A DNA stretch of 64,000 nt, taken from assembly GCA_009782385.1 (NCBI GenBank), contig WRJE01000001.1, forward strand, positions 8,303 through 72,302, read 5' to 3'. Numbering within the stretch: the first letter of the stretch is position 1; every line of letters begins with the position of its first letter. Under the pieces are notes generated by a model. It was not told where the DNA came from. It worked only from the letters and a program-made list of their open reading frames with translations, and ran no database searches. The DNA comes from Oscillospiraceae bacterium (GTDB lineage Bacteria > Bacillota > Clostridia > Oscillospirales > UBA929). Below, one piece after another: positions 28,828 through 38,968 of this stretch. Both the position numbers and the translations under genes were made by a program.

Positions 28828-29023
28828 AATCGGACATCTGATACGCCGTAAGCCTGCCGCTCGCTATATCCTGAATAGCCAGTGATATGGGCTTCTCTCT
28901 CAACTGAACGCCGCGTTCATCGGCTTCATCGGCAATAACGCGGGCTCTCTGCGCCGCGATATTGACCAGATAAAACCGCTCAGGGATTACATTCATCAGT
29001 TCCTTTACCGAAGGTTCAAGCAT
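28814..29023 (-). CDS. rpoZ: RNA polymerase omega subunit
   Basis: PS..EL....RF.LVN..A.RAR...KPI..A motif; follows gmk. Confidence 0.9.
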   Translation of the reverse strand: MLEPSVKELMNVIPERFYLVNIAAQRARVIADEADERGVQLREKPISLAIQDIASGRLTAYQMSDFGNG

Positions 29024-29603
29024 AGTTAAGTCGTCTCCTCTTATTAATTATTTCGGCTAATTGCGCCGCCGCCTCATCTATTTCGGTGTTCACAATTATA
29101 TGGTCATATAAAACCTTATTATCATAGTCTACCCGCGAGATTTCAAGACGCGCCTCTATCAGCTCTTCATTCTCCGTACCCCTGCCGCGCAGCCGCTTTC
29201 TCAGCTCATCCCAATCAGGCGGGGTTACAAACACAGTCACGGCATCGGGTGCGCGTTCTCTAACCTGAAGCATACCGTGCGATTCTATGTCTAAAATAAC
29301 GCATTGACCCTTTGCCATCGCTTCACGTATCGGCTCTTCGGGAGTTCCGTAAAACTGCCCGGCAAACTCGGCATACTCAAGCAATTCATTGTGTTCAATG
29401 GCAAAGAGAAATCTGTCACGCGAAACAAAATGGTAGTTAATGCCTTCAATTTCGCCCTGTCTCGGTAAACGTGTAGTCATAGACACAGAGAACACACATT
29501 CACACTCGGCAAGCCCCGACACGAGCATATGCTCGATTATCGTACTCTTGCCGACACCCGACGGACCCGATATTACTAACAACAGCCCGCTAATTGTAAC
29601 CAT
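29016..29603 (-). CDS. gmk: Guanylate kinase
   Basis: SGPSGVGKST, TTR.PR.GE..G..YHF, YGTP. Confidence 0.95.
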   Translation of the reverse strand: MVTISGLLLVISGPSGVGKSTIIEHMLVSGLAECECVFSVSMTTRLPRQGEIEGINYHFVSRDRFLFAIEHNELLEYAEFAGQFYGTPEEPIREAMAKGQCVILDIESHGMLQVRERAPDAVTVFVTPPDWDELRKRLRGRGTENEELIEARLEISRVDYDNKVLYDHIIVNTEIDEAAAQLAEIINKRRRLNYA

Positions 29604-29610
29604 CTCCCGC

Positions 29611-30486
29611 TTACTCCAGATTCTGTACCTGTTCGCGTATTTTCTCTATCTCGGCCTTGAGGTCTACCACAATACGCGACAGCTCCGCGTCATTCCCCTT
29701 TGAGCCTACCGTGTTTACCTCGCGGTTAAACTCCTGCATTAAGAAATCCGCCTTGCGTCCATACGCGCCGTTCTTTTTAAGCATCGCCCTGAGTTCCGAA
29801 ATATGGCTTCCAAGGCGCACAAGCTCCTCGTTGTTAGCAATTTTATCCGCGAATATGGCGGCTTCGGTCAGTAATCTGGCTTCATCCGCCGCCGTTCCAA
29901 GCAGCTCGCGCATACGGGTCTCCAGTTTCGCGCGGTACTCGGCGGCGACAATGGGTGTGCGAACCCCTGCTTTTTCCGCAAGCTCCTCAATAACCGTTAC
30001 GCTGTCCAGTATGGAGCGGCACAGCCGCTCGCCCTCGCTTAAACGCATGGCTTCCAGTTCGTCCAGCGCGGCGTTGGTGAGGTTTATCACCGTTTCCGCC
30101 GTCTCTTCCGCGTCTAACTGTCCTCGTTCCGATGAAAATACCTCCGGCATACGCGCAAGCATTTCCAGTCTTACCTCGCCGGGCAAACCCATCTCGTCTC
30201 TCATTTCGATAAGCGCGTCATAGTACGAACGCGCCACAGACTTGTTAAGAGATACCTTTACGATATCAGCTCCGCGCGTGTCCGCCGACAGATAAGCGTC
30301 AATTTTTCCGCGTGAGAGCCTCTTTGTGACAGCGGATTTAATCACATCCTCGGCAAACGCCATTATGCGCGGCACACGCGCGTTAATGTCAAGATAACGG
30401 TGATTGACGGCACGCAGTTCAAGTGTGAACTCAATCCCCATCGCGCTGACCGCCGCTCTCCCGAATCCTGTCATTGATTTGAGCAT
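29611..30486 (-). CDS. yicC: YicC/YloC family endoribonuclease
   Basis: SMTGFGR, VNHRYLD, QEFNRE.NT.GSK, EKIREQVQNLE. Confidence 0.95.
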   Translation of the reverse strand: MLKSMTGFGRAAVSAMGIEFTLELRAVNHRYLDINARVPRIMAFAEDVIKSAVTKRLSRGKIDAYLSADTRGADIVKVSLNKSVARSYYDALIEMRDEMGLPGEVRLEMLARMPEVFSSERGQLDAEETAETVINLTNAALDELEAMRLSEGERLCRSILDSVTVIEELAEKAGVRTPIVAAEYRAKLETRMRELLGTAADEARLLTEAAIFADKIANNEELVRLGSHISELRAMLKKNGAYGRKADFLMQEFNREVNTVGSKGNDAELSRIVVDLKAEIEKIREQVQNLE

Positions 30487-30596
30487 AATAATCTCCTTGA
30501 ATCCGCCTAATTTATAATTGAACTCCTCGGACTATATTACCATATGATGTATTAGCTGTCAAATTATTTTGAATCCTCCGCATATTCCTCCGCATA

Positions 30597-30625
30597 TTGC
30601 CAAACCTTCTCTTTTAGGTTATACT
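30597..30625 (+). promoter_or_regulatory. SigA promoter of TA pair, preceded by direct repeat TCCTCCGCATAT x2
   Basis: TTGCCA-17nt-TATACT; RBS AAGGAG. Confidence 0.6.
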
Positions 30626-30651
30626 GTAAGCAGAGGAAGGAGCGATATACC

Positions 30652-30876
30652 ATGAGTAACCGTGATTACGCAAAAATACAAATTGACACCCTGCCGGAGA
30701 GCGCGTTGGAAAAGGTAATTGAATTTATTTCTTTTCAACGCTATAGTCTTGGTTTATTCGATGATGACGATGATTATTTGGCTTCGATACCGGGTATGAC
30801 TGAATCAATAAAGGAAGGTCTGGCAACGCCGCTAAGCGAATGTGTGCCGCTGTCAAAGGTTTGGTCGGATGTATGA
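30652..30876 (+). CDS. Antitoxin (acidic, YefM-like C-terminus YL.SIPGM.ESIKEG)
   Basis: 74 aa, upstream of and overlapping a YoeB-like toxin. Confidence 0.75.
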   Translation: MSNRDYAKIQIDTLPESALEKVIEFISFQRYSLGLFDDDDDYLASIPGMTESIKEGLATPLSECVPLSKVWSDV

Positions 30877-31168
30877 CATTCAATTTACGAAACGAGCGGA
30901 GAAAGATGCCATACTCATTGAAAGAGCCGGACTGAAACCTAAAGCGATTGAATTGATTGGCATTGTTAAAACAGATCCTTTCCAAAACCCGCCGCCATAT
31001 AAAACTCTGAAAGGTGACAGAAAGGGCGCATATTCACGCCGTATCAATCGGCATCACCGTTTTTTGTATGGAGTCTTACCTAATGCCGACAATCTAAAAG
31101 ACGGGAACGGAACACTGTATGATGGTGTTGTAAAAATCATCCGTATGTGGACACATTACGATGAATAG
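30869..31168 (+). CDS. Txe/YoeB family toxin
   Basis: DPFQNPP.Y..L.GD..GAYSRRIN..HR..Y, IIRMWTHY. Confidence 0.9.
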   Translation: MYDIQFTKRAEKDAILIERAGLKPKAIELIGIVKTDPFQNPPPYKTLKGDRKGAYSRRINRHHRFLYGVLPNADNLKDGNGTLYDGVVKIIRMWTHYDE

Positions 31169-31181
31169 GGTTTATCTGAAC

Positions 31182-31208
31182 AGGGCGCGGCATAACAGCC
31201 GCGCCCTT
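31182..31208. terminator. Hairpin between convergent genes
   Basis: AGGGCGCGGC-ataaca-GCCGCGCCCT. Confidence 0.65.
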
Positions 31209-31223
31209 CAGCATATCAGTCTG

Positions 31224-33026
31224 TTAAGCTAATCTTTTTTCCAGTTTTGAGAGCTCTTCATCGAGTTCCTTCGGTAATCTGTCGCCGTAGCTCTTGTAGT
31301 TCTCTCTGATTGACGCGATTTCCGCAATCCAAGCCTCTTTGTCTACCTCAAGAAGATGATCTAAATCATCGGCGGATACGCTTATGCCGCTGATGTCGAT
31401 TGCGTCCGGCGTTGGCAGATTGCCTATCGGTGTCGAGACAGCTTTACCTGTCCCCGCGATACGCTCGACAATCCATTTCAGCACGCGGCTGTTGTCGCCG
31501 AATCCGGGCCACATAAAGTGACCGTCTTCGCCTTTGCGGAACCAGTTGACAAAATAAATCTTGGGCAGTTTGTCGGCTGACGCTTTAGCCCCGATGTCAA
31601 TCCAATGCTTGAGATAGTCGCCCATGTGATAACCCATGAAGGGCAGCATGGCGAACGGGTCGCGCCTGACCTGCCCGACTTTGTCGGTTATGTCGGCGGT
31701 GGTAATTTCCGACCCCATAATCGAGCCGAGGAAAATCCCGTGATTCCAGTCTAAGCTCTCGTTGACCAACGGTATTGTCGTCTTGCGCCGTCCGCCGATT
31801 AGTATTGCCGAAATCGGCACGCCGTTGGGGTCTTCCCACTCGGGCGCGATAACCGGGCAGAGGGCGGCGGGTGTTGTGAAACGGGCGTTGGGGTGGGCGG
31901 CGGGTTCTTTAGAATCCGGTGTCCAGTCATTGCCTTTCCAGTCAATCGCGTGTGCCGGCGCGGGGATTCCGCTGCCTTCCCACCAAACATCGCCATCGTC
32001 TGTCAACGCTACATTGGTATAGACCGTATCCGCCTGTATCTGAGTAAAAGCGTTCGGGTTCGAGGTCATTGATGTCCCGGGTACAACTCCGAAGAATCCC
32101 GCTTCGGGATTAATGGCATAGAGCCGCCCGTCATCGCCGAAGCGCATCCAAGCAATGTCATCACCAACCGTCTCGACCTTCCAACCGGGTATAGTCGGTT
32201 TCATCATAGCCAGATTCGTCTTGCCGCAGGCACTCGGGAACGCGCCCGCCACATAGTACGACTGACCTTCGGGATTTGTTAGCTTAAGAATCAGCATATG
32301 CTCGGCAAGCCATCCCTCGTCACGCGCCTGTATACCCGCAATACGCAGAGCAAAGCATTTTTTACTGAGCAGGGCGTTTCCGCCGTAACCCGAACCGATA
32401 GACCATATCATGCGCTCTTCGGGGAAGTGGCTGATGTACTTCTCATCGACATTGGGAATGCACGGCCATTTCGCGTCTTTCTCACCCTCGGCAAGCGGCT
32501 TGCCGACAGAGTGCAGGCAGCGTACAAAGTCGCCGTCCGTTCCGAGCTGTTCAAGAACAGCCGTACCGATTCTCGTCATTATTTTCATGTTAAAAACAAC
32601 ATACGGGCTGTCTGTTATCTCAACGCCGATTTTGGATATGAAAGAGCCGATTGGTCCCATCGAGAACGGGATAACGTACATAGTACGCCCTTTCATACAT
32701 CCTTTGTAAATCGCTTTCATATCCGCTTTCAGTTTGTCCGGTGCAATCCAGTTATTTGTGGGGCCCGCGTCTTCTTCTTTCTCACAGGCAATGAAAGTGC
32801 GTTTTTCAACGCGAGCGACATCCGAGGGGTCACTGCGGAACAGGTAACAGCCCGGCTTTTTATCTTGATTCAGTTTTGTGCCTAAACCCGCGTCTACCAT
32901 AGTGTCAATCATTCTCTGATACTCTTCTTGAGTTCCATCGCACAAATAGATGTCGTCCGGCTCGCACATTTCGGCGATTTCTTTAATCCACGCATTCAGC
33001 GCGGCGTGTTTTGTGTTTATTGACAT
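31224..33026 (-). CDS. pckG: Phosphoenolpyruvate carboxykinase (GTP)
   Basis: [44 protein letters not shown]. Confidence 0.96.
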   Translation of the reverse strand: MSINTKHAALNAWIKEIAEMCEPDDIYLCDGTQEEYQRMIDTMVDAGLGTKLNQDKKPGCYLFRSDPSDVARVEKRTFIACEKEEDAGPTNNWIAPDKLKADMKAIYKGCMKGRTMYVIPFSMGPIGSFISKIGVEITDSPYVVFNMKIMTRIGTAVLEQLGTDGDFVRCLHSVGKPLAEGEKDAKWPCIPNVDEKYISHFPEERMIWSIGSGYGGNALLSKKCFALRIAGIQARDEGWLAEHMLILKLTNPEGQSYYVAGAFPSACGKTNLAMMKPTIPGWKVETVGDDIAWMRFGDDGRLYAINPEAGFFGVVPGTSMTSNPNAFTQIQADTVYTNVALTDDGDVWWEGSGIPAPAHAIDWKGNDWTPDSKEPAAHPNARFTTPAALCPVIAPEWEDPNGVPISAILIGGRRKTTIPLVNESLDWNHGIFLGSIMGSEITTADITDKVGQVRRDPFAMLPFMGYHMGDYLKHWIDIGAKASADKLPKIYFVNWFRKGEDGHFMWPGFGDNSRVLKWIVERIAGTGKAVSTPIGNLPTPDAIDISGISVSADDLDHLLEVDKEAWIAEIASIRENYKSYGDRLPKELDEELSKLEKRLA

Positions 33027-33106
33027 TTATATGCCTCCTTCTATATATTTAGAGCATTCTATACTATTTTGCGTATAAATGCAATAGTGGAAATGTAAAA
33101 TTTCCA

Positions 33107-33532
33107 CTACTTTTCTATGATATTCTCGTCATCTTCACCCTGCGGCGGCACTAACGGTTTCAGCGGCGCGGGTGTGGGTGTCGGTACTTCAATCGGTTCG
33201 GGCGTTACCTCCGGTGTGGGCGTTGGTTCATCCTCCGGTTCAGGCGTGGGTTCGGGGTCGTCTTCAGACGGCGCGCCGGGGTCGTCGCGCCCTACATCGT
33301 TGTTATCCGGATTATCACTGTTATCTGTATTGGACGGCGCACCGGGGTCGTCGCGCCCTACGTCCGGTGTAACCATCGGGTCAACTAATATCGTGTTGGG
33401 CGGCGGGTCGATTTCACTCGCCGCGTTCAAGCCGCTAAGGGCGGCGGCAATAGAGACCGCGCCCAACGCGACAGATACTACTAAAATTGCCAGAACGAGC
33501 ATTCCGCGTCCTGTTATCTTATAATGCCCCAT
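33107..33532 (-). CDS. Membrane-anchored Pro/acidic-rich hypothetical protein
   Basis: N-terminal TM; (EP/TP) repeats; two VGRDDPGAPS units encoded by REPs. Confidence 0.6.
   Translation of the reverse strand: MGHYKITGRGMLVLAILVVSVALGAVSIAAALSGLNAASEIDPPPNTILVDPMVTPDVGRDDPGAPSNTDNSDNPDNNDVGRDDPGAPSEDDPEPTPEPEDEPTPTPEVTPEPIEVPTPTPAPLKPLVPPQGEDDENIIEK
33267..33361 (-). repeat. Two REP-like units in frame in hypothetical protein
   Basis: GACGGCGCRCCGGGGTCGTCGCGCCCTAC twice; near-identical to intergenic copy at 18294. Confidence 0.85.
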
Positions 33533-33553
33533 ATTACCCCCTCTTCGCCTATG

Positions 33554-33663
33554 CGGGCGGCATATATGCCGCCCCTACATCGCCATCGGGCGGCTGTCAA
33601 CCGCTATCATCCGCTATCGGGCGGCTACTATCCACCATCGGGCGGCATATATGCCGCCCCTAC
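33554..33663 (-). repeat. REP-like array (two full copies plus degenerate cores)
   Basis: CGGGCGGCATATATGCCGCCCCTAC at 33554 and 33639; second supplies the stop of the upstream gene. Confidence 0.85.
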
Positions 33664-34397
33664 TTGGTTACAAAATCCAAAACTTCTTTTAATCTCTGCG
33701 CTTCGTTCTCGATTGATAAGAATTGTTTTTTATGCAGGTTCTTTCTCTCACCAATAAGCTCACGCACACGCTGTATCTGTTTTTCAAGCGCGTCAAGCTC
33801 ACCGTTGTGCCGCGCAACGATTTTATCCGTCTGCTGGGCGAACGTTGCCGCGTACTCGTTAAGTTTGGTAACACGCTCGATACCATCGTTCAAGAGCCTG
33901 TCAAAGTCAAAACCCGACGCTCCGACAATTTTCATTATTATCGCGCGTCTTGACTCGGCGGGAAGCGAATCAGGCAGCGTCTTCATGTACTCTTCAATGA
34001 GATATATGGTATCCGTACCCCCGATTTTCATACTGAGAGCCCGATAAATCTCCTCAACTTCCATGAATTTATCGGTATCCGTACTAAGCGCGGGGGAATC
34101 ATCCCAAAATGAGGAGTCATTCATTCTCTCACCAGCTTCGCTCGTTATTCCCAATTCGCCCCATTTGTCACTCGGTGTCTGCGCGAAAGGATTGGAGACC
34201 GACTGCTCAACCCGGACTTCCTCCGGCTCCGCAATCATCTCAACGTCAGGTATAACGACAGGCGTTGACTCAAAAACCGTCGTTTCCGTCTCATTCTGAG
34301 TTTCCGTAATGTCCGCGGCTTCCTCAGTTTTCCTTACCATTCCCATGCGTTCCAACACGTTCATAACCTTGGGCGGGTCATTCTTCATAGGTTTCAC
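33660..34397 (-). CDS. Hypothetical protein with C-terminal coiled coil
   Basis: 245-aa ORF with RBS; acidic linker; TLP.SLP...R motif then heptad region. Confidence 0.7.
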   Translation of the reverse strand: MKPMKNDPPKVMNVLERMGMVRKTEEAADITETQNETETTVFESTPVVIPDVEMIAEPEEVRVEQSVSNPFAQTPSDKWGELGITSEAGERMNDSSFWDDSPALSTDTDKFMEVEEIYRALSMKIGGTDTIYLIEEYMKTLPDSLPAESRRAIIMKIVGASGFDFDRLLNDGIERVTKLNEYAATFAQQTDKIVARHNGELDALEKQIQRVRELIGERKNLHKKQFLSIENEAQRLKEVLDFVTK

Positions 34398-34526
34398 CCC
34401 TTAATCAGGTATCGGGTCAAAGTTCATTATATGTTAAATTTTTCCCCATGTCAACCCCTGAACCTTTTCATTTCTACAACTTTTGCATTTTTGAGTAAAT
34501 TTTTCAAAAAATATATAAAATATGTC

Positions 34527-34582
34527 TTGACATATATCCATTTTGGGTTTACAATCAATATAACAAACCCATCTTGGGTATA
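34527..34582 (+). promoter_or_regulatory. SigA promoter with two palindromic operator-like sites
   Basis: TTGACA-17nt-TACAAT; TATATCCATTTTGGGTTT in the spacer and AAACCCATCTTGGGTATA downstream. Confidence 0.65.
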
Positions 34583-34602
34583 TTCATTAGGGGGTCGTCA
34601 TA

Positions 34603-35037
34603 ATGACATTAATAACGCAAAAAGAATTATGTGAGTATTTGGCGTTAAAGCGCGAAATAGAATCACAGAAACAGCGAGCAGACGCGCTCGAGTATCAGGT
34701 GCGGCGCGGGTATGAGACAAGCTGGTGGACAAGGCATAAACCGCCTGCCGCCGTAAAGACCAATCTTATCGCCAAGAAGGTCGGATTGGAGGTCAGCATC
34801 TTCAAAAACCTAGAAATCTTGGAATCGCAAACTCTCAGAGTTGAAGAGGCTATTCAAGCCATTGACGACTCGCTTCTGCGCGAAATCCTGCGGCTAAGGT
34901 ACATAGACGGTCTTGAGTGGGACAAGCTCGGTGACAAAATCGGTTATGTTACAAGGCAGTGTTTCCGTTTTCACCGAAAGGCTCTGAACGAGCTTTATCG
35001 CACACAATGTGTAGGTGAGTTGGAATTTGTAAAGTGA
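34603..35037 (+). CDS. Phage-type transcriptional regulator (DUF1492/ArpU/RinA-like, sigma region 4-like C-terminus)
   Basis: AI..IDD...REIL.LRYIDGLEW..LG..IGY..RQCFR.H.KAL. Confidence 0.75.
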   Translation: MTLITQKELCEYLALKREIESQKQRADALEYQVRRGYETSWWTRHKPPAAVKTNLIAKKVGLEVSIFKNLEILESQTLRVEEAIQAIDDSLLREILRLRYIDGLEWDKLGDKIGYVTRQCFRFHRKALNELYRTQCVGELEFVK

Positions 35038-35039
35038 CT

Positions 35040-35066
35040 AAAGGGCGCGTATTTCGCGTCCTTTTT
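35040..35066. terminator. Intrinsic terminator between convergent genes
   Basis: AAAGGGCGCG-tattt-CGCGTCCTTTTT. Confidence 0.7.
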
Positions 35067-35072
35067 GTCCGC

Positions 35073-37478
35073 TCAACTGTCCATGCGCTCCTTAACCCCT
35101 TGCCACTGCTCAAATGACACCAATATCTGTCTCGGTTTCGAGCCTTCGCCCGAACCGAGCAAGCCCCGTTCTTCAAGTTGGTCAACTACACGCGCCGCGC
35201 GTGCGTAACCTAATTTAAGGCGGCGTTGCAGCATTGAGGTCGAGGCTTGTCCGACCTCTAAAATTATATCCATCGCCTGTGTCAAAAGGGGATCCGTATC
35301 ATCGTGACTGCTGAAAGACTGTGATTTTTTATCGTCCTCGGGCGGACGGCTGATTTGCTCAAGCACATCATCGTCATACGCCGAAGCGGAGTTGTCTTTA
35401 ATAAACTTCACAACCTCTTTGACTTCCTTTTCATGCACAAAGCAGCCCTGAACACGCGATATTTTAGAGCCGAGCGGCGCGTAGAGCATATCCCCTTTTC
35501 CGATAAGACGCTCCGCGCCCGTTGAATCGAGGATTATACGCGAATCCATGCCCGAAGCGACAGTAAAAGCAATTCTTGACGGGATATTGGACTTCATCAA
35601 TCCCGTGATTACGTCCGCCGACGGTCTCTGCGTTGCCACTACCAAGTGCATTCCGGCGGCTCGCGCCTTTTGGGCAATCCTTATGACCGAATCCTCGACT
35701 TCTTTGCCCGCGACCATCATCAAATCGGCAAGCTCATCTATTATTATAACCATTTGCGGGACTTTAGGCAACTCCTCGCCGTTAATCGCCATATTATAAG
35801 CGAAAATATCACGCACGCCGCGCTCCTGCATGAGCCTGTACCGCTTTTCCATCTCATACACCGCCCACTGCAAGGCGGACGATGCCATCTTGGGGTCTGT
35901 GACGACAGGCACGAGCAAATGAGGTATACCGTTGTAAATGTCCAACTCGACCATCTTAGGGTCAATGAGTATGAGCTTCACTTCCTCCGGGCTTGCTTTG
36001 TATAAAAGGCTGATTATCAATGAATTAACACACACGGATTTACCCGACCCGGTCGTTCCCGCGACAAGCAAGTGCGTGAGCCTGAAAATATCACCCACGA
36101 TACTCGTACCGCCTATATCCTTGCCAAGCGCGAAAGCGAGCCGCGAATCCGCGTTGGAGAACTCATCGCTCTCCAAAACATCGCGCAGATAGACCATACT
36201 TACAAGCCTGTTGGGAACTTCAATACCCACCGTTCCCGCTTTGCCGGATACCGGAGCGATACGCACTCTGTCAACGCCCAGAGCGAGCGCGATGTCGTCC
36301 GCGCGATTTGTCAGCTTGTTAAGCGTCATCCCCTGAGCGATTTCAAACTCATAACGCGCAACGGACGGGCCGCGCACGACATTTACCAAATCGGCTTCTA
36401 TGCCGAAGCTCTTTACGGCTTCACAGAGGCGCAATGAGATATTCCGCGTCTCCTCGGAGTGATCGGGCGCGTTCGTTATAGAGCTTCCCGGCAGCAGTGA
36501 CAGCGGCGGGAACACATACTGCGGTGATTCTATGGGCGGTCTCAGCACAGACGGCGCGGGGCGCGTAATACGCGGCGCGGCGGCTTGCGCTATTGGCGCG
36601 GGTGTAGGTTTGCCCGGCTGATAGTCCTTCAATGAGATAAACCCCGGGGGCGGTTGATTACTCACCTCTTCGGCTTCAACGCTCTCAACGATGGGAGAGG
36701 TTTTCCCCAACGGTTCATCGCTGTCCCCGAACGATTTGCCGCGATTTACAGGTTCGTCAAACGGCAAGTCATTATCTTCCTCAGAGATGCGGCGCGAAGC
36801 TCCGGGGCGGTCAATATCAATGTCCTCGGCAAAACGTTTTTTAATCGGCGGATTGTCAACAGGCACATCATATTCAAAGCGTTTGGGACGCGCAACTTCC
36901 ATCTTCGCGTACTTAGGTCTTTCGGGTTCAGGTTCATATTCCTGCGGGCGGTGGTCGCGTATAGCGTCAATCACGCCGACAACGTTAACGCGGAACACGA
37001 TTACCGCAATTATAAACGCTCCGATTATGAACAGTATCCCCGCTCCAACGCCGCTGAACAGCGTTTTGAAAAGTACGGCAAGCAAACCGCTGATTACTCC
37101 GCCCTCCGCCCATAGCGCGGGAAATACTCCCCACCCGACCTCCGAAATTTCGGGCAGCTTGCCAATCCACAGATATAGCAGTCCCCCCAGCCACAGCGGC
37201 GAGAGCAGAGCGCACCAGACGCGCAGACGTACCGGACGACCCCTGTGGAATAGAAGTATGAACGCGGCGGCAAGTAGGACGAGCGGGAACACATACGCGC
37301 CGTAGCCTATAAACCGCGACATAACTCCGGTCAGAAAGTTAAGAAACAACGCTTTTACCCCGACAAGCCCCAGAAAGCAGAAAATGGATAAAAGGGCGCA
37401 GCAAAGCGCACCCACCTCACGTCTTATCGGTGCGGGTTTAGCGGCAGCCTTTTTTGTTGGTGTCTTTTTTTGGGGCAT
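35073..37478 (-). CDS. ftsK: DNA translocase FtsK/SpoIIIE
   Basis: 4TM N-terminus, AGTTGSGKS, IDELADLM, ATQRPS, gamma domain LQRRLKLGYARAAR. Confidence 0.96.
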   Translation of the reverse strand: MPQKKTPTKKAAAKPAPIRREVGALCCALLSIFCFLGLVGVKALFLNFLTGVMSRFIGYGAYVFPLVLLAAAFILLFHRGRPVRLRVWCALLSPLWLGGLLYLWIGKLPEISEVGWGVFPALWAEGGVISGLLAVLFKTLFSGVGAGILFIIGAFIIAVIVFRVNVVGVIDAIRDHRPQEYEPEPERPKYAKMEVARPKRFEYDVPVDNPPIKKRFAEDIDIDRPGASRRISEEDNDLPFDEPVNRGKSFGDSDEPLGKTSPIVESVEAEEVSNQPPPGFISLKDYQPGKPTPAPIAQAAAPRITRPAPSVLRPPIESPQYVFPPLSLLPGSSITNAPDHSEETRNISLRLCEAVKSFGIEADLVNVVRGPSVARYEFEIAQGMTLNKLTNRADDIALALGVDRVRIAPVSGKAGTVGIEVPNRLVSMVYLRDVLESDEFSNADSRLAFALGKDIGGTSIVGDIFRLTHLLVAGTTGSGKSVCVNSLIISLLYKASPEEVKLILIDPKMVELDIYNGIPHLLVPVVTDPKMASSALQWAVYEMEKRYRLMQERGVRDIFAYNMAINGEELPKVPQMVIIIDELADLMMVAGKEVEDSVIRIAQKARAAGMHLVVATQRPSADVITGLMKSNIPSRIAFTVASGMDSRIILDSTGAERLIGKGDMLYAPLGSKISRVQGCFVHEKEVKEVVKFIKDNSASAYDDDVLEQISRPPEDDKKSQSFSSHDDTDPLLTQAMDIILEVGQASTSMLQRRLKLGYARAARVVDQLEERGLLGSGEGSKPRQILVSFEQWQGVKERMDS

Positions 37479-37491
37479 TTCAATAATATCC

Positions 37492-38319
37492 TTATGTAAT
37501 AATAAATGACGCTATAAGCGTTGCCGCGCCAACCATCAAGCAGTAGTACGAAAAACCTCTGAACGAACTCTTAACGACAAGGTATCTGATAAAACACAGC
37601 GCGAAATAGCCCGTCACGGCGGCAACAACCATTCCTAATATGTATACGGGAAAAACGCTCCAGTCAAAATCCGCCGAAAAAGCGTCCTTGACTTTGAACA
37701 CGGTCGCGCCCAATATTGCAGGGACTGACATCAGAAATGACAGCTTCACGGCGAACTTTCGGTCAAAACCTCTGAACAAACCCGTTGAAATCGTAAATCC
37801 CGAACGCGAAAACCCCGGTATCATCGCGGCAAGCATCTGCATCAATCCAACAAACAGCACATCAATGACGGTCGCGGACTTTTCGTCTTTGTTACCCTTG
37901 GGCAAAGTGTCTGACAGCCACAGAATCCCACCCGTAGCCATCAGCGCGATACCGATAAACAATGACTCTGTTGACAGATTTTCCACCGTGCCGGAAAAAA
38001 ACGCAACGACTATCAGCGGCAGCGATGCAACTATAATTAGAAACAACAGCCTTCGAGCGGGCGGAACTCTCACCGAGCGGTAGCTCTGCGGATTAAACAG
38101 TTTCGTAAACTCAATGAACATAGCCTTTATATCGTTCCAGAAGAATATACATACAGCTATCAATGTGGCGAAATGCAGCAGCACCTCAAAGAGAAGCCCT
38201 CCGGTTTCACTCATTGAGAAAAAGTTTTGAAAGATTGCCAGATGTCCCGAACTGGACACAGGCAGGAACTCGGTTACCCCCTGCACAAATCCCAAAAACA
38301 TCGCCCACCATACCGACAT
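37492..38319 (-). CDS. uppP: Undecaprenyl-diphosphatase UppP/BacA
   Basis: QGVTEFLPVSSSGHL, PGFSRSG. Confidence 0.95.
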   Translation of the reverse strand: MSVWWAMFLGFVQGVTEFLPVSSSGHLAIFQNFFSMSETGGLLFEVLLHFATLIAVCIFFWNDIKAMFIEFTKLFNPQSYRSVRVPPARRLLFLIIVASLPLIVVAFFSGTVENLSTESLFIGIALMATGGILWLSDTLPKGNKDEKSATVIDVLFVGLMQMLAAMIPGFSRSGFTISTGLFRGFDRKFAVKLSFLMSVPAILGATVFKVKDAFSADFDWSVFPVYILGMVVAAVTGYFALCFIRYLVVKSSFRGFSYYCLMVGAATLIASFIIT

Positions 38320-38888
38320 TAATGTTTAACCCCCTTTCCCCTCAGCACACTCGAAACAGTTCTTATAACTATCTTAAAATCCGTCATAAAACCAATCTTC
38401 TCAACATAATCCCCGTCATATCGCGCTTTGTCGGGTATAGGCAGTTCATCGCGCCCCATAACCTGCGCCAGTCCGGTCAATCCCGGCCTTATGCCGTTCG
38501 CGCCGTATTTATCCCGCTCCGCTATGAGGTCGTCTTGATTCCACAGAGCGGGCCGCGGACCCACCGCGCTCATATCTCCGCGCAGAATATTCCAGAGCTG
38601 CGGCAGTTCGTCAATGCTGGAGCGGCGCAGGAACGCGCCGAGTTTCGTTACATATCCGCCGCCCATGAGGTGGGTCGGCACATCTTTAGGCGTATCTGAG
38701 CGCATTGTACGCAGCTTGTACAGCCAAAACAGCTTTTTGTCCTTGCCTGCACGCTTCTGCTTAAAGAAAATCTTTCCGGGGCTGTCCAGCTTTATCGCGG
38801 CGAAAACGAACGGCATGAACGGAAGCAGGACTATCAGCCCCAAAGCCGCCGCAATTATATCTATAAAACGCTTAATAAATCTATACAC
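38319..38888 (-). CDS. Bacterial sugar transferase (priming phosphoglycosyl transferase)
   Basis: KRFIDI, KLRTM, DELPQLWN, VGPRP, RPGLTGLAQV. Confidence 0.93.
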   Translation of the reverse strand: MYRFIKRFIDIIAAALGLIVLLPFMPFVFAAIKLDSPGKIFFKQKRAGKDKKLFWLYKLRTMRSDTPKDVPTHLMGGGYVTKLGAFLRRSSIDELPQLWNILRGDMSAVGPRPALWNQDDLIAERDKYGANGIRPGLTGLAQVMGRDELPIPDKARYDGDYVEKIGFMTDFKIVIRTVSSVLRGKGVKH

Positions 38889-38920
38889 GTTCCACCTATT
38901 TTAATCGTATATCGTTCTTC

Positions 38921-38968
38921 GTAGGGGCGGCTATTAGCCGCCCGCGGACGACCAATGGTCGTCCCTAC
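38921..38968. repeat. Inverted REP-like doublet overlapping the 3' end of the O-antigen-ligase-family gene
   Basis: GTAGGGGCGGCTATTAGCCGCCCG-CGGACGACCAATGGTCGTCCCTAC. Confidence 0.88.
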
